A stretch of DNA of 49,089 bases from Akkermansiaceae bacterium. Lineage in GTDB: Bacteria > Verrucomicrobiota > Verrucomicrobiia > Verrucomicrobiales > Akkermansiaceae. The notes beneath the pieces were generated by a model, which saw only the letters and a list, made by a program, of their open reading frames with translations, was not told where the DNA came from and made no database searches. A program made the position numbers and the translations under genes. Shown here piece after piece: positions 17,961 to 28,611 of the stretch; position 1 is the stretch's first letter; every line of letters starts with the position of its first letter. The DNA is taken from NCBI GenBank assembly GCA_041737575.1, contig JBGSRM010000095.1:1-49089 (forward strand). Direction: 5' to 3'.

Positions 17961-19163
17961 ATGAGTGAGACGGTAGAGCAGGACAGGAAAATACAGGTGA
18001 GGGCGGTGCTATCCTTTTTGCTGATCGTCACGATTATTGTGGTGACGGTTCTGGGCGTGATTGTGATGATGCTGAACAAGAGCAAGGCGAAGGAGGAGAT
18101 TAAGGAAAAGTTTGCGCCGAGGGTGGAGGTGGTGGCGCTTGAGAAGGGGAACCATCGTGTGGTGATCATGACGCAGGGTGTGGTGGAGAGCCAGCGGGAG
18201 ACAAATCTGGCGGCGGAGGTGGGAGGACGTGTGGTGGAGGTTTCGCCGAATTTGAAGCGGGGAGCCAAGGTGGGTAAGAATGAGGTTTTGGTGCGGCTTG
18301 AAGCATCGGATTACCGTGCGGCGCTGGCCAGTTCCGAAGTGGCGTTGGCGGATGCGGAGCTGGCATTGGAGCAGGAGCGAGCGAAGGTGGAGCAGGCGAA
18401 ATTGGACTGGGAGAAGCTGGGCACGGGCAAGCCGATCAACGCATTGGTACTACGTGAGCCGTACTTGAAGGCGGCGGAGGCAAGGGCGGGGGCGGCGCAG
18501 GAGGATGTGGCTCGCGCGAGGAGAGATTTGGAGCGGACGGAGATTCAGGCGCCCTTTGATGCGGGGGTGCGTATGGCTGATGTGGAGGAGGGAGCGGTTT
18601 TAGCACCGGGCGGGATGGTGGCGGAATTGTATGCGAGTGAGGAGCTTGAGGTGCGTTTGCCATTGAGTTTGCTAGATTTTGGTTTTGTGGAACGTGATGG
18701 GGAGGGCAAGGTGCTGGGAAAAGTGGTGTTGAAAGGGAAAATCGGGATGGAGGATTACGAGTGGGAAGCGGTTGCGGTAAGGGTGGACCCGGAGATTGAT
18801 CGCAAGGCGCTTTCGGCAGCGGTGGTGGTGAAGGTTTTGAAGGCGGAGAGGGATGAGTTTGCGTATCCGCCGGTTGGGTTGTTTGTGAAGGCTGAAGTGG
18901 ACGGTAAGGATTTGGAGGATGTGGTGGAGATTCCACGGCGTGGTTTGTTAGAGGGTGATCGTGTGATTGTGGTAGGCAAGGAAGACAAAATCACATTTCG
19001 TGAGGTTTCCGTGCTCCGGTTGAAGGAGAAAACCGCAGTGGTTAAGGGCGGGCTGGATCCGGGGGATCGAATGGTTTTGACGAGGCTGGCCGCAGCCACG
19101 GAAGGAATGGACGTAGTGGTGGAGGACGCGGAACCACCCGCCGAAAAAGAGGAGGAGAAATGA
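17961..19163 (+). CDS. RND efflux periplasmic adaptor (MFP)
   Basis: N-terminal TM, AEVGGRVV lipoyl half-motif, coiled coil, RTEIQAPFDA, GLDPGDR. Confidence 0.93.
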   Translation: MSETVEQDRKIQVRAVLSFLLIVTIIVVTVLGVIVMMLNKSKAKEEIKEKFAPRVEVVALEKGNHRVVIMTQGVVESQRETNLAAEVGGRVVEVSPNLKRGAKVGKNEVLVRLEASDYRAALASSEVALADAELALEQERAKVEQAKLDWEKLGTGKPINALVLREPYLKAAEARAGAAQEDVARARRDLERTEIQAPFDAGVRMADVEEGAVLAPGGMVAELYASEELEVRLPLSLLDFGFVERDGEGKVLGKVVLKGKIGMEDYEWEAVAVRVDPEIDRKALSAAVVVKVLKAERDEFAYPPVGLFVKAEVDGKDLEDVVEIPRRGLLEGDRVIVVGKEDKITFREVSVLRLKEKTAVVKGGLDPGDRMVLTRLAAATEGMDVVVEDAEPPAEKEEEK

Positions 19164-22100
19164 ACGCGGTCAAATGGTTCGCACGAAATCACGTAGCAGG
19201 GAATTTCCTGATGCTGATCGTTATGGTGGCTGGTTTCACGACCTGGTTCAAACTGAAGAAGGAGATTTTTCCGGAGATTTCGATTGATGCCGTATCGGTG
19301 CGGATTCCTTATCCGAATGCGACGCCGGAGGAGGCGGAACGCGGGGTGGTGATTCCGGTGGAGGAGGCGATTGCGGATTTGCAGGGGATCAAGAAGATAC
19401 GCGGGACGGGTTCGCAGAATGTGGGGTCGGTGTTGGTGGAGGTGGAGACGGGTTACAATGTTCGGGATGTGATGAGCGATGTGAAATCGCGAGTGGATGC
19501 GATTGATAATTTTCCGGTGGAGGCGGAAACGCCGGTGCTGGAGGAGATTTTGCTGAAGAGTCCGGTGATGAGCGTAACGATGACGGCGGATGCGGATGAG
19601 GCGACGATGAGAAAGCTGGCGGAGCAGGTGAGGGAGGATTTGTTGAATTACGAGGCTCCTCCATCAAGCAAGCTGGGTGATTTTTTTGCCAAGATGTTTC
19701 GAGGGGAGTCGCGGATCAGCCAGGTTGAGATAGCCGGGACGAGGCCGTATGAGATATCGATAGAGGTGACAGAGGATCGATTGAGGGAGCTTGGTTTGCG
19801 GCTTTCCGATATCGCGCAGGCGGTGAGGAGCAGCACGATGGATTTGCCTGGTGGATCGGTGAGGACGGAGAGAGGCGAGGTGATTTTGAGGGCGTTGGGC
19901 AAGCGTTATGAGGCGTCAAAGATGGCGAGCATACCGGTGAGCACGGCGGAGGATGGAAGTACTATATTTCTAGGAGATATTGCCAATCTGGTGGACGGTT
20001 TCGAGGACATAGACCTCAGCAACCGTTTCGACGGAGGTGATGCGGTGGTGATCAATATCTACAGGGTCGGGAATGAGGATACGCTGGCGTTGGCGGAACT
20101 GGTGAGATCGTATGTTGCGGGGAGCAAGGAGCGTCTGCCGTATGGGGTGGAGTTGTCGATTTGGAACGACCAGAGTTTGTATTTATCGGGCAGGCTGGAT
20201 TTGTTGAAGCGGAATGCGATCACGGGTTTGTTGCTGGTGCTGGGGGTTCTGACTTTGTTTTTGAGGCCTTCGCTGGCATTTTTGGTGGCGCTGGGTATTC
20301 CACTTTCATTTGCTGGGGGGATATGGTTGATGCCTTATCTGGGTGTGTCGGTGAATATGATTTCGCTGTTCGCGTTCATTCTGGTTTTGGGAATTGTTGT
20401 GGATGACGCGATTGTGACGGGTGAAAATGTGTATGAGCGGATACAGAGGGGGGAGCACCCATCGGTGGCAGCATGGAAAGGGACGAGTGAGGTGGGGACG
20501 GTGGTGGTGTTCGGGGTGTTGACGACGATGGTGGCGTTCACGCCGATGCTTGGGCTAAGCGGAGTGAGTGGAAAAATTTGGCCTAACATTCCGTTGGTAG
20601 TGATTCCTACTTTGGCGTTTTCATTGCTGCAATCGAAGTTCGTTTTACCGAGTCATTTGGCATTGCTCGCGCCGACGGACAGGAGCAAGAAGGTGAATGC
20701 GTTATTCCGGTTGCAACGACGGATTGCGGATAGTTTGGAGTTGTTTGTGGAGAAAATTTACAAGCCTGCTTTGGATTTCTGCCTGCGCTGGAGATATGTA
20801 ACTGGGTTTGGATTTTTTGCGGTGCTTGTGCTGACGTTGGCGACCGTTGTCGCGGGTTTCATTCAGTTCAGGTTTTTCCCGGATGTGGAAGGAGATGTTT
20901 TGAGTGCCAAGGTGGAACTGGTGCAGGGTGTTCCGTTCGAGGAGACGGAAAAAGTTGTTAGAAGAATCGAGGCGGCGGCGCGCGAGCTGGAGAAGAAGTA
21001 TTCGACGAAGGGTGGAGAGAAGTTGTTGCGGCATGTTCTGAGCAGTGCGGGGACACAGCCGTTTCAGACGGGCGTGACCGGGATGCTGGGGCCACCGACG
21101 GCGACACACATTGGTGAGGTGACGTTGGAGTTGGCTCCGGCGGCGGATCGCTCATTGAGTTCGGAGGAGCTGGTGGCGGAGTGGAGGAGGCTGATCGGTG
21201 TTTTGCCCGGGGTGGTGGAGCTGAGTATTCAGGCGGAGACGGCATCGGCGGGAAACGCGATCGATGTGAATCTAACAGGGCCTGATCTTGAGCGGCTGGC
21301 GGAGGCGACAGAGTATGCGAAGAAGGGCTTGGAGACGTTTACGGGAGTGATTGATATTTCAGATACGAACCGGGCTGGGAAGGATGAGTTACGTTTTGAA
21401 AAGCTGACTCCGGCCGGACAGGCGATGGGTTTGCGGCTGGAGGATGTGGCGGCGCAGGTGCGGGATGCGTTTTATGGAAACGAAGTGCAGCGTTTGCAAC
21501 GAGGCCGGGATGAGGTGAAGGTGATGGTGCGTTATCCGGAGGCGGCGAGGAGGACGCTTGCGAGTGTGGAGGACATGAAGGTTCGGACGGCGAGTGGGGA
21601 AGAGGTTCCGTTATTGCAGGTGGTTGAGCTGGCACCGGGAAGCGGGCCTGCGGTGATCGAGCGGACGGATCGGCAGCGTTCGGTAAAGGTGACGGCGGAT
21701 GTGGAGCCCGGGGTGAATGCGAATGAAGTGGTTACGGGTTTCACGGAAAAGGTGTTGGCGGAGATTCCGCGAATGTTTCCGGGGGTTCGATATTCATTTG
21801 AAGGCGAGCAGAAGGATCAGAATGACAGCGTGAGGGAAATCGGCATAGGATTTATGGGAGCTTTGCTGGCGATGTATGTGCTGATTGCGATTCCCCTGCG
21901 GTCGTATTTGCAGCCGTTGATCATCATGTCGGTTATTCCATTCGGATTGGTGGGTGCGATCTGGGGTCATGCGCTTTTGGGTATCAATTTGAGCATCATG
22001 TCGCTGTGCGGGCTGGTGGCTTTGGCCGGGGTGGTGGTGAATGACAGTTTGGTGATGGTGGATTATGTGAATCGCCATCGTGATGAGTCGGCTACGTTGC

Positions 22101-22372
22101 GTGAGGCTGCGATTGCTGCGGGAGGCAGGCGTTTCCGTGCGATTTTACTGACATCACTGACGACGTTTGTGGGGATTATGCCGATGGTTCTCGAAACGGA
22201 CATGCAGGCTCGGTTTTTGATTCCGATGGCTGTTTCTCTGGCGTTCGGGATTTTGTTTGCGACTGTGATTACGCTTTTTTTGGTTCCGTGCATTTATCTC
22301 ATACTTGAGGATGTCAGCCCGTTTTTGAGGAGGTTGCTTGGCAGGTCGAAGGCTGTTAAAGAGCCGAGCTGA
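19160..22372 (+). CDS. RND efflux permease (AcrB/CzcA superfamily)
   Basis: 1070 aa; GIVVDDAIVTGEN, GVVVNDSLV and RFRAILLTSLTT proton-relay motifs. Confidence 0.95.
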   Translation: MNAVKWFARNHVAGNFLMLIVMVAGFTTWFKLKKEIFPEISIDAVSVRIPYPNATPEEAERGVVIPVEEAIADLQGIKKIRGTGSQNVGSVLVEVETGYNVRDVMSDVKSRVDAIDNFPVEAETPVLEEILLKSPVMSVTMTADADEATMRKLAEQVREDLLNYEAPPSSKLGDFFAKMFRGESRISQVEIAGTRPYEISIEVTEDRLRELGLRLSDIAQAVRSSTMDLPGGSVRTERGEVILRALGKRYEASKMASIPVSTAEDGSTIFLGDIANLVDGFEDIDLSNRFDGGDAVVINIYRVGNEDTLALAELVRSYVAGSKERLPYGVELSIWNDQSLYLSGRLDLLKRNAITGLLLVLGVLTLFLRPSLAFLVALGIPLSFAGGIWLMPYLGVSVNMISLFAFILVLGIVVDDAIVTGENVYERIQRGEHPSVAAWKGTSEVGTVVVFGVLTTMVAFTPMLGLSGVSGKIWPNIPLVVIPTLAFSLLQSKFVLPSHLALLAPTDRSKKVNALFRLQRRIADSLELFVEKIYKPALDFCLRWRYVTGFGFFAVLVLTLATVVAGFIQFRFFPDVEGDVLSAKVELVQGVPFEETEKVVRRIEAAARELEKKYSTKGGEKLLRHVLSSAGTQPFQTGVTGMLGPPTATHIGEVTLELAPAADRSLSSEELVAEWRRLIGVLPGVVELSIQAETASAGNAIDVNLTGPDLERLAEATEYAKKGLETFTGVIDISDTNRAGKDELRFEKLTPAGQAMGLRLEDVAAQVRDAFYGNEVQRLQRGRDEVKVMVRYPEAARRTLASVEDMKVRTASGEEVPLLQVVELAPGSGPAVIERTDRQRSVKVTADVEPGVNANEVVTGFTEKVLAEIPRMFPGVRYSFEGEQKDQNDSVREIGIGFMGALLAMYVLIAIPLRSYLQPLIIMSVIPFGLVGAIWGHALLGINLSIMSLCGLVALAGVVVNDSLVMVDYVNRHRDESATLREAAIAAGGRRFRAILLTSLTTFVGIMPMVLETDMQARFLIPMAVSLAFGILFATVITLFLVPCIYLILEDVSPFLRRLLGRSKAVKEPS

Positions 22373-23005
22373 TCAGGAGAAGACTTCTTCGATGCGTGAT
22401 GCTATTGTGGAGATCGCGCGTTCTGATGTGAGGGGTTGGGTTGATTCCGCTTCGAGGCATGTCATGCTGATGCCGTCAAGTCCGCATGGGGTGATCGCGA
22501 GGAAGGGGGGGAGAGATTCACTGGTGATATTAATGGCGAAACCGTGCATGGAAATCCATTTGCGGACGCCGACTCCGATGGATGCGAGTTTCCGATTTTC
22601 CACCCAGACGCCGGTAAGTCCATCGCAGCGGGAGGCGTTGATGCCGAGGTCGGCACAGGCGGCGATGAGGGCGTCTTCGATGAGGCGGAGGTGGAGGTGG
22701 AGGTCGCGGCCACGTGGGTTGAGATCGAGGATCGGGTATCCGGTCAGTTGGCCGGGGCCGTGGTAGGTGGCTTGTCCGCCGCGGTTGGTTTCATGGACGG
22801 GATGCGGCAGTGAATCGGCGGAGCGGAGTGAGGAGCGGTCGCGCAGACGGCCTATGGTGTATACGGGCTTGTGCTGAAGGAGGAGGACGGTGTCATGTGC
22901 CTCGCCGGAGAGGATTTTGGCAACGGTTTGCTCCTGAAGCTGGAGCCCTTCCTGGTAGTCGATCAGATCGGGAAGGATGATGATTTCGGGGGGGGTGTGT
23001 TTCAT
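22373..23005 (-). CDS. lipB: Lipoyl(octanoyl) transferase
   Basis: LLQHKPVYTIG, RGGQATYHGPGQLTGYPI, KLASIG, HGFAIN, ITPCGL. Confidence 0.96.
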   Translation of the reverse strand: MKHTPPEIIILPDLIDYQEGLQLQEQTVAKILSGEAHDTVLLLQHKPVYTIGRLRDRSSLRSADSLPHPVHETNRGGQATYHGPGQLTGYPILDLNPRGRDLHLHLRLIEDALIAACADLGINASRCDGLTGVWVENRKLASIGVGVRKWISMHGFAINITSESLPPFLAITPCGLDGISMTCLEAESTQPLTSERAISTIASRIEEVFS

Positions 23006-23141
23006 CGGGATGGAGAGAGGGAGGTGAGGGCCTCGTCAGGGTCGCCGGGTTGGGGACGAGGCTCGACTGGCATTCCTGGCGGTGGATTTGACGCCGCGCA
23101 TGAGGCAAGCAGAGCTGCGATGAGGGATAGGAATAAGCATT

Positions 23142-23792
23142 TCATATCTTGTGAGAATTTGTTTCGGACGAAGGATGTAAAAGATCGAACGGGGTTGAGT
23201 TACGGCGGTAGATGGCTGTCCACTCACGACCTTCGCGGCCTGGGTAGGTGCGTTGGGGAATCCAAGAGTCGATGCGATCGAACCATGGTGAGAAGCGGTC
23301 ATCAAGTTCCTGGATGGAGGCGTTGTAGGGCGGGCCTTCGTGTTCCTCGCCCGGGTCATTGGGTGTTAGAAAAAAAACGCCGATGAGGTGTGCGCCGGGT
23401 GGCAGGAGTCGCGCACAGGCTTGGGCGTATGGAGAGCGAAGGGACGGATGTATGGCGCAGTAGCAGGTGTGCTCCCAGATGGCGGAGAATGATTTGCCGC
23501 TGGACCATGAGGGATTGAGGAAATCGGCGAGCTCGTAGGTTTCATTGTTTGCCAAGTGGTGGGCTTTGGCACGGGTGATGGCTTCCGGCGCGATGTCCAA
23601 GCCGTGGATTTTCATGCCTTTGGAGGCAAGCACGCGGACGTCGTGGCCTGTGCCGCAGCCCGGGACGAGTATGGTATCGGATCCCCAGATGGATAGCGGG
23701 CAGCGTTCTAACAATTCCATGAGAGGTGGAGCGGCGCGGCCTTTTTCCCAAGGGGTGTCGCCAAGAAGGTAGCGTTGGTTCCAGTCGGTCAT
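23142..23792 (-). CDS. Thiopurine/thiol S-methyltransferase-like SAM methyltransferase
   Basis: WNQRY..GDTPW, LVPGCGTGHD, WEHTCYCAIHP, GPPY. Confidence 0.88.
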   Translation of the reverse strand: MTDWNQRYLLGDTPWEKGRAAPPLMELLERCPLSIWGSDTILVPGCGTGHDVRVLASKGMKIHGLDIAPEAITRAKAHHLANNETYELADFLNPSWSSGKSFSAIWEHTCYCAIHPSLRSPYAQACARLLPPGAHLIGVFFLTPNDPGEEHEGPPYNASIQELDDRFSPWFDRIDSWIPQRTYPGREGREWTAIYRRNSTPFDLLHPSSETNSHKI

Positions 23793-23813
23793 GATTTGGA
23801 TGGGGTGAGATGC

Positions 23814-24317
23814 TTAAATTTGACGGCGTTGGAGGAGTTTGGCACGGATTGGATCGGATGCTTGGAGGTGGGCAAGGGCAAGGGCAAGGGCGTCGGCGGC
23901 GTCTGGGGGCGGAGTTTCCGCGAGACCGAGGAGTGCGCGCACCATGAAGGCGACCTGGCTTTTGTCAGCGGTGCCTTTACCGACGACGGCCATTTTGATT
24001 TTTTTAGGAGAGTATTCGTAAACGGGAATGCCGTGATCAGCGGCGGCAATGAGGGCGGCGGCACGAGCGGCACCCATGGAGATGGCGGTTTGGTGGGATT
24101 GGACATAGATGATGCCCTCGACGGCGATTTCGTCGGGTTTGTGTTGGGTTATGAGGTGAACGAGGTGAGTGCGGATGGCGGAGAGTGCGGCGGATTGGGT
24201 GATTTTCTGGGGGATGGAGATGACGTCATAGGCGATGGCCTTCGGATGACGGGAATCGCCATCCAAAATGGCATATCCGGTGTTGCGGACAGCGGGATCG
24301 ATGGCAAGGACGCGCAT
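23814..24317 (-). CDS. ruvC: Holliday junction resolvase
   Basis: MRVLAIDP, IAVEG, EYSPKKIKMAVVGKGTADKSQV, DAADALA. Confidence 0.95.
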   Translation of the reverse strand: MRVLAIDPAVRNTGYAILDGDSRHPKAIAYDVISIPQKITQSAALSAIRTHLVHLITQHKPDEIAVEGIIYVQSHQTAISMGAARAAALIAAADHGIPVYEYSPKKIKMAVVGKGTADKSQVAFMVRALLGLAETPPPDAADALALALAHLQASDPIRAKLLQRRQI

Positions 24318-24395
24318 GGGCGGATTAAGGCAGCGGGATGGAGGGCAGGGAAGAGGCAAATGTGGTTTTCGGAGTTGTCAGCGGGGCGGTGGAAT

Positions 24396-25154
24396 ATGAG
24401 ACTGCCATGCGTGAGGGTTGTTTACGTAGTTATACTTCTGTTTTTGCAAGCGGGCTTGCTGCGTGCCCAGGTGGAGGAACTGGAAATTCCTGATGCGCCG
24501 GAAACCGGACTGTGGGACCGGCAAGGTTTGTTTGATAATAATGTGGCAGCAAAACAAAGGATCATTGATGCGTTGAGAGGCTTGGAGGCCGACTACGGAT
24601 ATCGTTTGTTTGTGGTGATTGAGGGGACTTTAATTGGCTCAAAATCGGAGAAGTTCGCAGATGACATTCAGAAAAAATGGCTGCCCGAAGGAGGGGGGAT
24701 GGTGTTGCTGTATGAATCTGACAGGCGGGCCATTCAGTACGGCCTGAATCCTGATATGGCTGAAGAAATCACGGAGGGTAGAACCTTAGTTTCGTCTCTT
24801 GATATCATCCAGATTTTTTCAAAATCGTTTCAAGTTTGTAAGGAGATACGAGATAATCAGATTTTTATTGAGAGGTTTGTCATGGAGTTGTGTGCGAATT
24901 TCGAGGAGGCGATTGATCAGAAGGATCAAGAACCCGAGAAAGAGGGAAGGGCTCTCCGCCTGGCACTCATCGTGATTGGGGCGGTGGCGATTCTGGCGTT
25001 GTTTGGTTTGGTTTTTGGTATGTTGATGGGGCGAGCAGGCGGCAAGCGCAGGCGTGTGAAGTCATTTCCGAAAGTGGATGTGGTAGAGAGGTTGGGAGCG
25101 CCGTACGGGGGGGCTCTGGCAAGCTTGCGGTTCCGGAAAGATGGCGATGTGTGA
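24396..25154 (+). CDS. Exported membrane-anchored protein, TPM-domain-like
   Basis: Only the C-terminal ~250 aa of ORF 23775-25154 look real: signal peptide, LWDRQGLF...RLFVVI domain and a C-terminal TM. The N-part is antisense to ruvC. Confidence 0.65.
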   Translation: MRLPCVRVVYVVILLFLQAGLLRAQVEELEIPDAPETGLWDRQGLFDNNVAAKQRIIDALRGLEADYGYRLFVVIEGTLIGSKSEKFADDIQKKWLPEGGGMVLLYESDRRAIQYGLNPDMAEEITEGRTLVSSLDIIQIFSKSFQVCKEIRDNQIFIERFVMELCANFEEAIDQKDQEPEKEGRALRLALIVIGAVAILALFGLVFGMLMGRAGGKRRRVKSFPKVDVVERLGAPYGGALASLRFRKDGDV

Positions 25155-25212
25155 AACTTCTGAAATTGGCTCATGGTATGCTAAAGATAGTTACAAACCC
25201 TGCTTGAGTCTC

Positions 25213-26640
25213 ATGTTTAAAGGCTACTCCTCCGACAAGTTTTACGATGAAATGTTCGCCCCGGACGGGACGGTGAGGGATTATTGCGATCCTTTGTTGT
25301 CGAAGTTCAACTGTTTTGAGACGGATGATTTTCTATCAAGAAAAGCAACCAGCGAGCTGTATTTCATGCGGCAGGGGATCACTTTCAATGTGTATCACGA
25401 TAAAAAAGGCACGGAGCGGATTTTCCCCTTTGATCCGGTGCCACGGGTCATTCCGGCGGAGGAGTGGGAGCATCTGGAGGCGGGACTTACGCAGCGCATC
25501 ATCGCGTTGAATCTTTTCCTCAATGATATTTATCACGGACAGGAAATTCTGAAGGACGAGGTCATTCCGCGCCATTATGTGGAGAACGCGAAGCATTTCC
25601 GGAAGGAGTTCTGTGGGGTGGATGTGCCGAAGGATATCTACATACACATTTGCGGCAGCGATTTGATACGGGGAGCGGATGGCGTATATTACGTGCTTGA
25701 GGACAACGGGCGTTGTCCATCGGGTGCTTCGTATTTGTTGGAAAATCGCAACGCGCTGAAGCGGGCGTTTCCCTCGTTGTTCGATTCGATGAGTGTGCGT
25801 CCGGTGGATTCGTATCCGCGCGATTTGCTCAACATGCTGCATCACATTTCGCCGAGGCGTGAGGGTGAGTCGGTTTGCGTCCTGTTGACGCCCGGTTGTT
25901 TCAACAGCGCGTATTTCGAGCACTGCTATCTGGCGCGGAAAATGGGTATCGAGATCGTGGAGGGAAGCGATTTGGTGGTGAACGGGAATTTTGTCTATAT
26001 GAGGACGACGAGGGGGCTGGTGAGGGTGGATGTAATTTACCGCAGGATTGACGATGATTTCATCGACCCGGTGGTTTTCCGCAAGGACTCCGTGCTGGGT
26101 GTGCCGGGGCTTATGAATGCCTACATGGCTGGCAATGTCGCGCTTGCCAATGCGGTCGGAACGGGTGTGGCGGATGACAAGCTGATCTATTACTACGTGC
26201 CGCAGATGATTGAATATTATCTTGGTCAGAAACCGATTCTTCCGAACGTCCCGACCTTCCTCGCCTCTGAGGAAAAGGATTTCGATTTCATCATGAAAAA
26301 CCTGCCCGAGCTGGTGGTGAAGGCCGCGAACGAATCGGGAGGATACGGGATGTTGATGGGGCCGAGCGCAACGAAGGATGAGATCGAGATTTTCCGTGAA
26401 CGCATCAAGGCGGATCCGCGCAATTACATCGCGCAGCCGGTGATTTCGCTCTCGCAGGCACCGACATGGTGTGATGGTGCGATGGAGGGTCGACATCTCG
26501 ATTTGCGGCCCTATATTATTTACGGCGAGGACATTAAAATCGTTCCGGGAGGCCTGACGCGTGTGGCATTGCAGAAAGGCTCGCTGGTGGTGAACTCGTC
26601 CCAAGGTGGAGGAAGCAAGGATACATGGGTGCTCAAATAA
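25213..26640 (+). CDS. Circularly permuted type 2 ATP-grasp protein
   Basis: YDEM, GITFNVY, ERIFPFDPVPR, VLEDN, NSAYFEH, VDVIYRRIDDDF, ESGGYGM, LVVNSSQGGGSKDTWV. Confidence 0.93.
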   Translation: MFKGYSSDKFYDEMFAPDGTVRDYCDPLLSKFNCFETDDFLSRKATSELYFMRQGITFNVYHDKKGTERIFPFDPVPRVIPAEEWEHLEAGLTQRIIALNLFLNDIYHGQEILKDEVIPRHYVENAKHFRKEFCGVDVPKDIYIHICGSDLIRGADGVYYVLEDNGRCPSGASYLLENRNALKRAFPSLFDSMSVRPVDSYPRDLLNMLHHISPRREGESVCVLLTPGCFNSAYFEHCYLARKMGIEIVEGSDLVVNGNFVYMRTTRGLVRVDVIYRRIDDDFIDPVVFRKDSVLGVPGLMNAYMAGNVALANAVGTGVADDKLIYYYVPQMIEYYLGQKPILPNVPTFLASEEKDFDFIMKNLPELVVKAANESGGYGMLMGPSATKDEIEIFRERIKADPRNYIAQPVISLSQAPTWCDGAMEGRHLDLRPYIIYGEDIKIVPGGLTRVALQKGSLVVNSSQGGGSKDTWVLK

Positions 26641-26652
26641 ATTATTGCTAGT

Positions 26653-27693
26653 ATGTTATCCCGGGTCGCCAACACACTTTACTGGATGATGCGCTATGTG
26701 GAGCGCGCGGACAATCTCGCGCGGTTGATCGATGTCAACGAGCAGATGCTGCTTGATTTCGAGAATCTCGACAGCGAGCGCCTTAGCGGTTTCTGGAAGC
26801 CCATCATCCTGAGTGCAGGTGATGAGGAGGCTTTCAATGAGCTTTACGACGATGCGGGAAGTGATCAGGTGGTCAGTTTCCTTACGAAGGACTTGCGCAA
26901 CCCTAACAGCATTTTTTCCTGTATCAGTTTCGCACGGGAAAACGCGCGCACGGTGCGTGACCAGATTTCCGATGAGTTCTGGGAAGAGATCAACGCTCTG
27001 TATCTTTTCACGCGTTCCGAGGAGGCATTGAGGATGCTGGAGGACAATCCGCCGAGGTTTTATGAAAATGTGCGGAAATCCTCGATGACGGTTCTCGGAA
27101 TTTCCGCTTCCACGACGGCGCGCGACAGCATCTGGGATTTCAAATCTTTGGGGCGTTACATCGAGCGGGCGGACAAGACCACGCGCTTTCTGGATATTTC
27201 CACGTATTTTCCGAAAGGGGTGGAGGGCATTGATATGAGTTCACCCGGGGTTTTGCATTGGTCGGCGATCCTCAGTTCCTGTGGTGCGATGGGTGCCTTC
27301 CGCGCGACGGGGCAGGAGATCAACTCCCGCACCGTGATGGAGTTTCTGATTTTTTCGCCGGACTTTCCACGTTCCGTGCGCTACTGCGTGGATCAGCTAG
27401 ACATGATCCTGCACCGCATATCCGGCACCCCGCGCGGGACTTATTCATGCGGAGCGGAGCGCGAGAGTGGAAGGATGTTGAGTGGTCTGAATTATGGCAG
27501 CGCGGATGACGTGGAGCAGAAAGGCCTGCATTTTTTCCTCGATGAAATTCAGGAAACCTTGAACCGCATTGGTGAGGAAATTTTTGAAACATACGTGCTA
27601 ATGCCTGAACGCATTGGTGGGTTCGCTCCTGTGATCTCGACGAACGGCTACGCGATCGGTGAATTGGAGGGGCAGATGCAGCAGCAGCAGTGA
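26653..27693 (+). CDS. Alpha-E domain protein (DUF403)
   Basis: MLSRVANTLYWMMRYVERA, ARENARTVR, LGRYIERADKTTR, FPRSV. Confidence 0.93.
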   Translation: MLSRVANTLYWMMRYVERADNLARLIDVNEQMLLDFENLDSERLSGFWKPIILSAGDEEAFNELYDDAGSDQVVSFLTKDLRNPNSIFSCISFARENARTVRDQISDEFWEEINALYLFTRSEEALRMLEDNPPRFYENVRKSSMTVLGISASTTARDSIWDFKSLGRYIERADKTTRFLDISTYFPKGVEGIDMSSPGVLHWSAILSSCGAMGAFRATGQEINSRTVMEFLIFSPDFPRSVRYCVDQLDMILHRISGTPRGTYSCGAERESGRMLSGLNYGSADDVEQKGLHFFLDEIQETLNRIGEEIFETYVLMPERIGGFAPVISTNGYAIGELEGQMQQQQ

Positions 27694-28574
27694 GCGAAGA
27701 ACAAATTCATCAAACCGAGAGAGAAGAAGGCGCGAAGCTTTCGGTGAGGCACCGCACCGTCTTCGAATACGGAGGCATGGTCACCAACAGCGTGAACACG
27801 ATCCGGCTGGAGCCAAGATATTGCCCTTCCCAGAAAAATCTCGGCTGCTTCGTGAAGGTGTTACCGGCGACGCGCTTGAGGCGTTTTGAGGATTTTTACG
27901 GAAACATCACCCATCATTTTGAAATCCCCGCGCCCCATTCACGGCTGGAAATCGAGAGCACGATTAAGGTTCGGACTTTTCCGCTGAACCTCTCGGAAAA
28001 GGCGATTCATGGTGACCCGGAGATGTTGAAGGAGACGGAACTTTACGAATCCACCTGGCAATATCTTCAGGAGAGCCGCCGCGTTTCCTCAAGGCCGGAA
28101 ATTTGGAGACAAGCGGTTGATTTGACCTGCGATAAAATCGCGGTCTACGCGAAAGCAAACGCGATCATGGAGTGGATTCATACGGAGTTTCTCTATTCAG
28201 CGGGCAGTACGAACGTGGACACGCACATTGATGTTGTCTTCGAGATGCGACAGGGAGTTTGTCAGGATTTCTCCCATGTCATGTCGGCCCTGTGTCGTGC
28301 CATCGGAATTCCCGCACGGTACGTTTCCGGCTACATCTACAACGGCCCGAGGGACATCTTGATCGGCTCGCAAGCCTCTCACGCCTGGTGCGAAGTGTTC
28401 TTGCCGGGCGATGGTTGGATGGGCTTCGATCCCACAAACAACACACTCGCCGACGCACGTTATGTGAAGGTTGCCGTGGGTCGTGACTATGACGATGTCG
28501 CACCCATCAGAGGCACCTACAACGGTGGCGGCCACAGCAGGATGGAGGTCGAGGTCGTTGTCGAAAGAGTCTGA
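27690..28574 (+). CDS. Transglutaminase-like protein
   Basis: GVCQDFSH, IPARYVSGY, SHAWCEV, GFDPTN, GRDYDDVAP (Cys-His-Asp triad). Confidence 0.93.
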   Translation: MSEEQIHQTEREEGAKLSVRHRTVFEYGGMVTNSVNTIRLEPRYCPSQKNLGCFVKVLPATRLRRFEDFYGNITHHFEIPAPHSRLEIESTIKVRTFPLNLSEKAIHGDPEMLKETELYESTWQYLQESRRVSSRPEIWRQAVDLTCDKIAVYAKANAIMEWIHTEFLYSAGSTNVDTHIDVVFEMRQGVCQDFSHVMSALCRAIGIPARYVSGYIYNGPRDILIGSQASHAWCEVFLPGDGWMGFDPTNNTLADARYVKVAVGRDYDDVAPIRGTYNGGGHSRMEVEVVVERV

Positions 28575-28611
28575 GTGAGGGCGGGGAAAGTTTGGGATAA
28601 GATTTTCCTAT

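Noticed and set aside
23029-23067. GCCTCGTC...GACGAGGC inverted repeat upstream of lipB
   Set aside because: Short single stem with a large loop and no U-tract; insufficient support for a call.
23775-24395. N-terminal half of the 459-aa ORF
   Set aside because: Antisense to ruvC; a signal peptide begins near 24396-24411, marking the likely real start.
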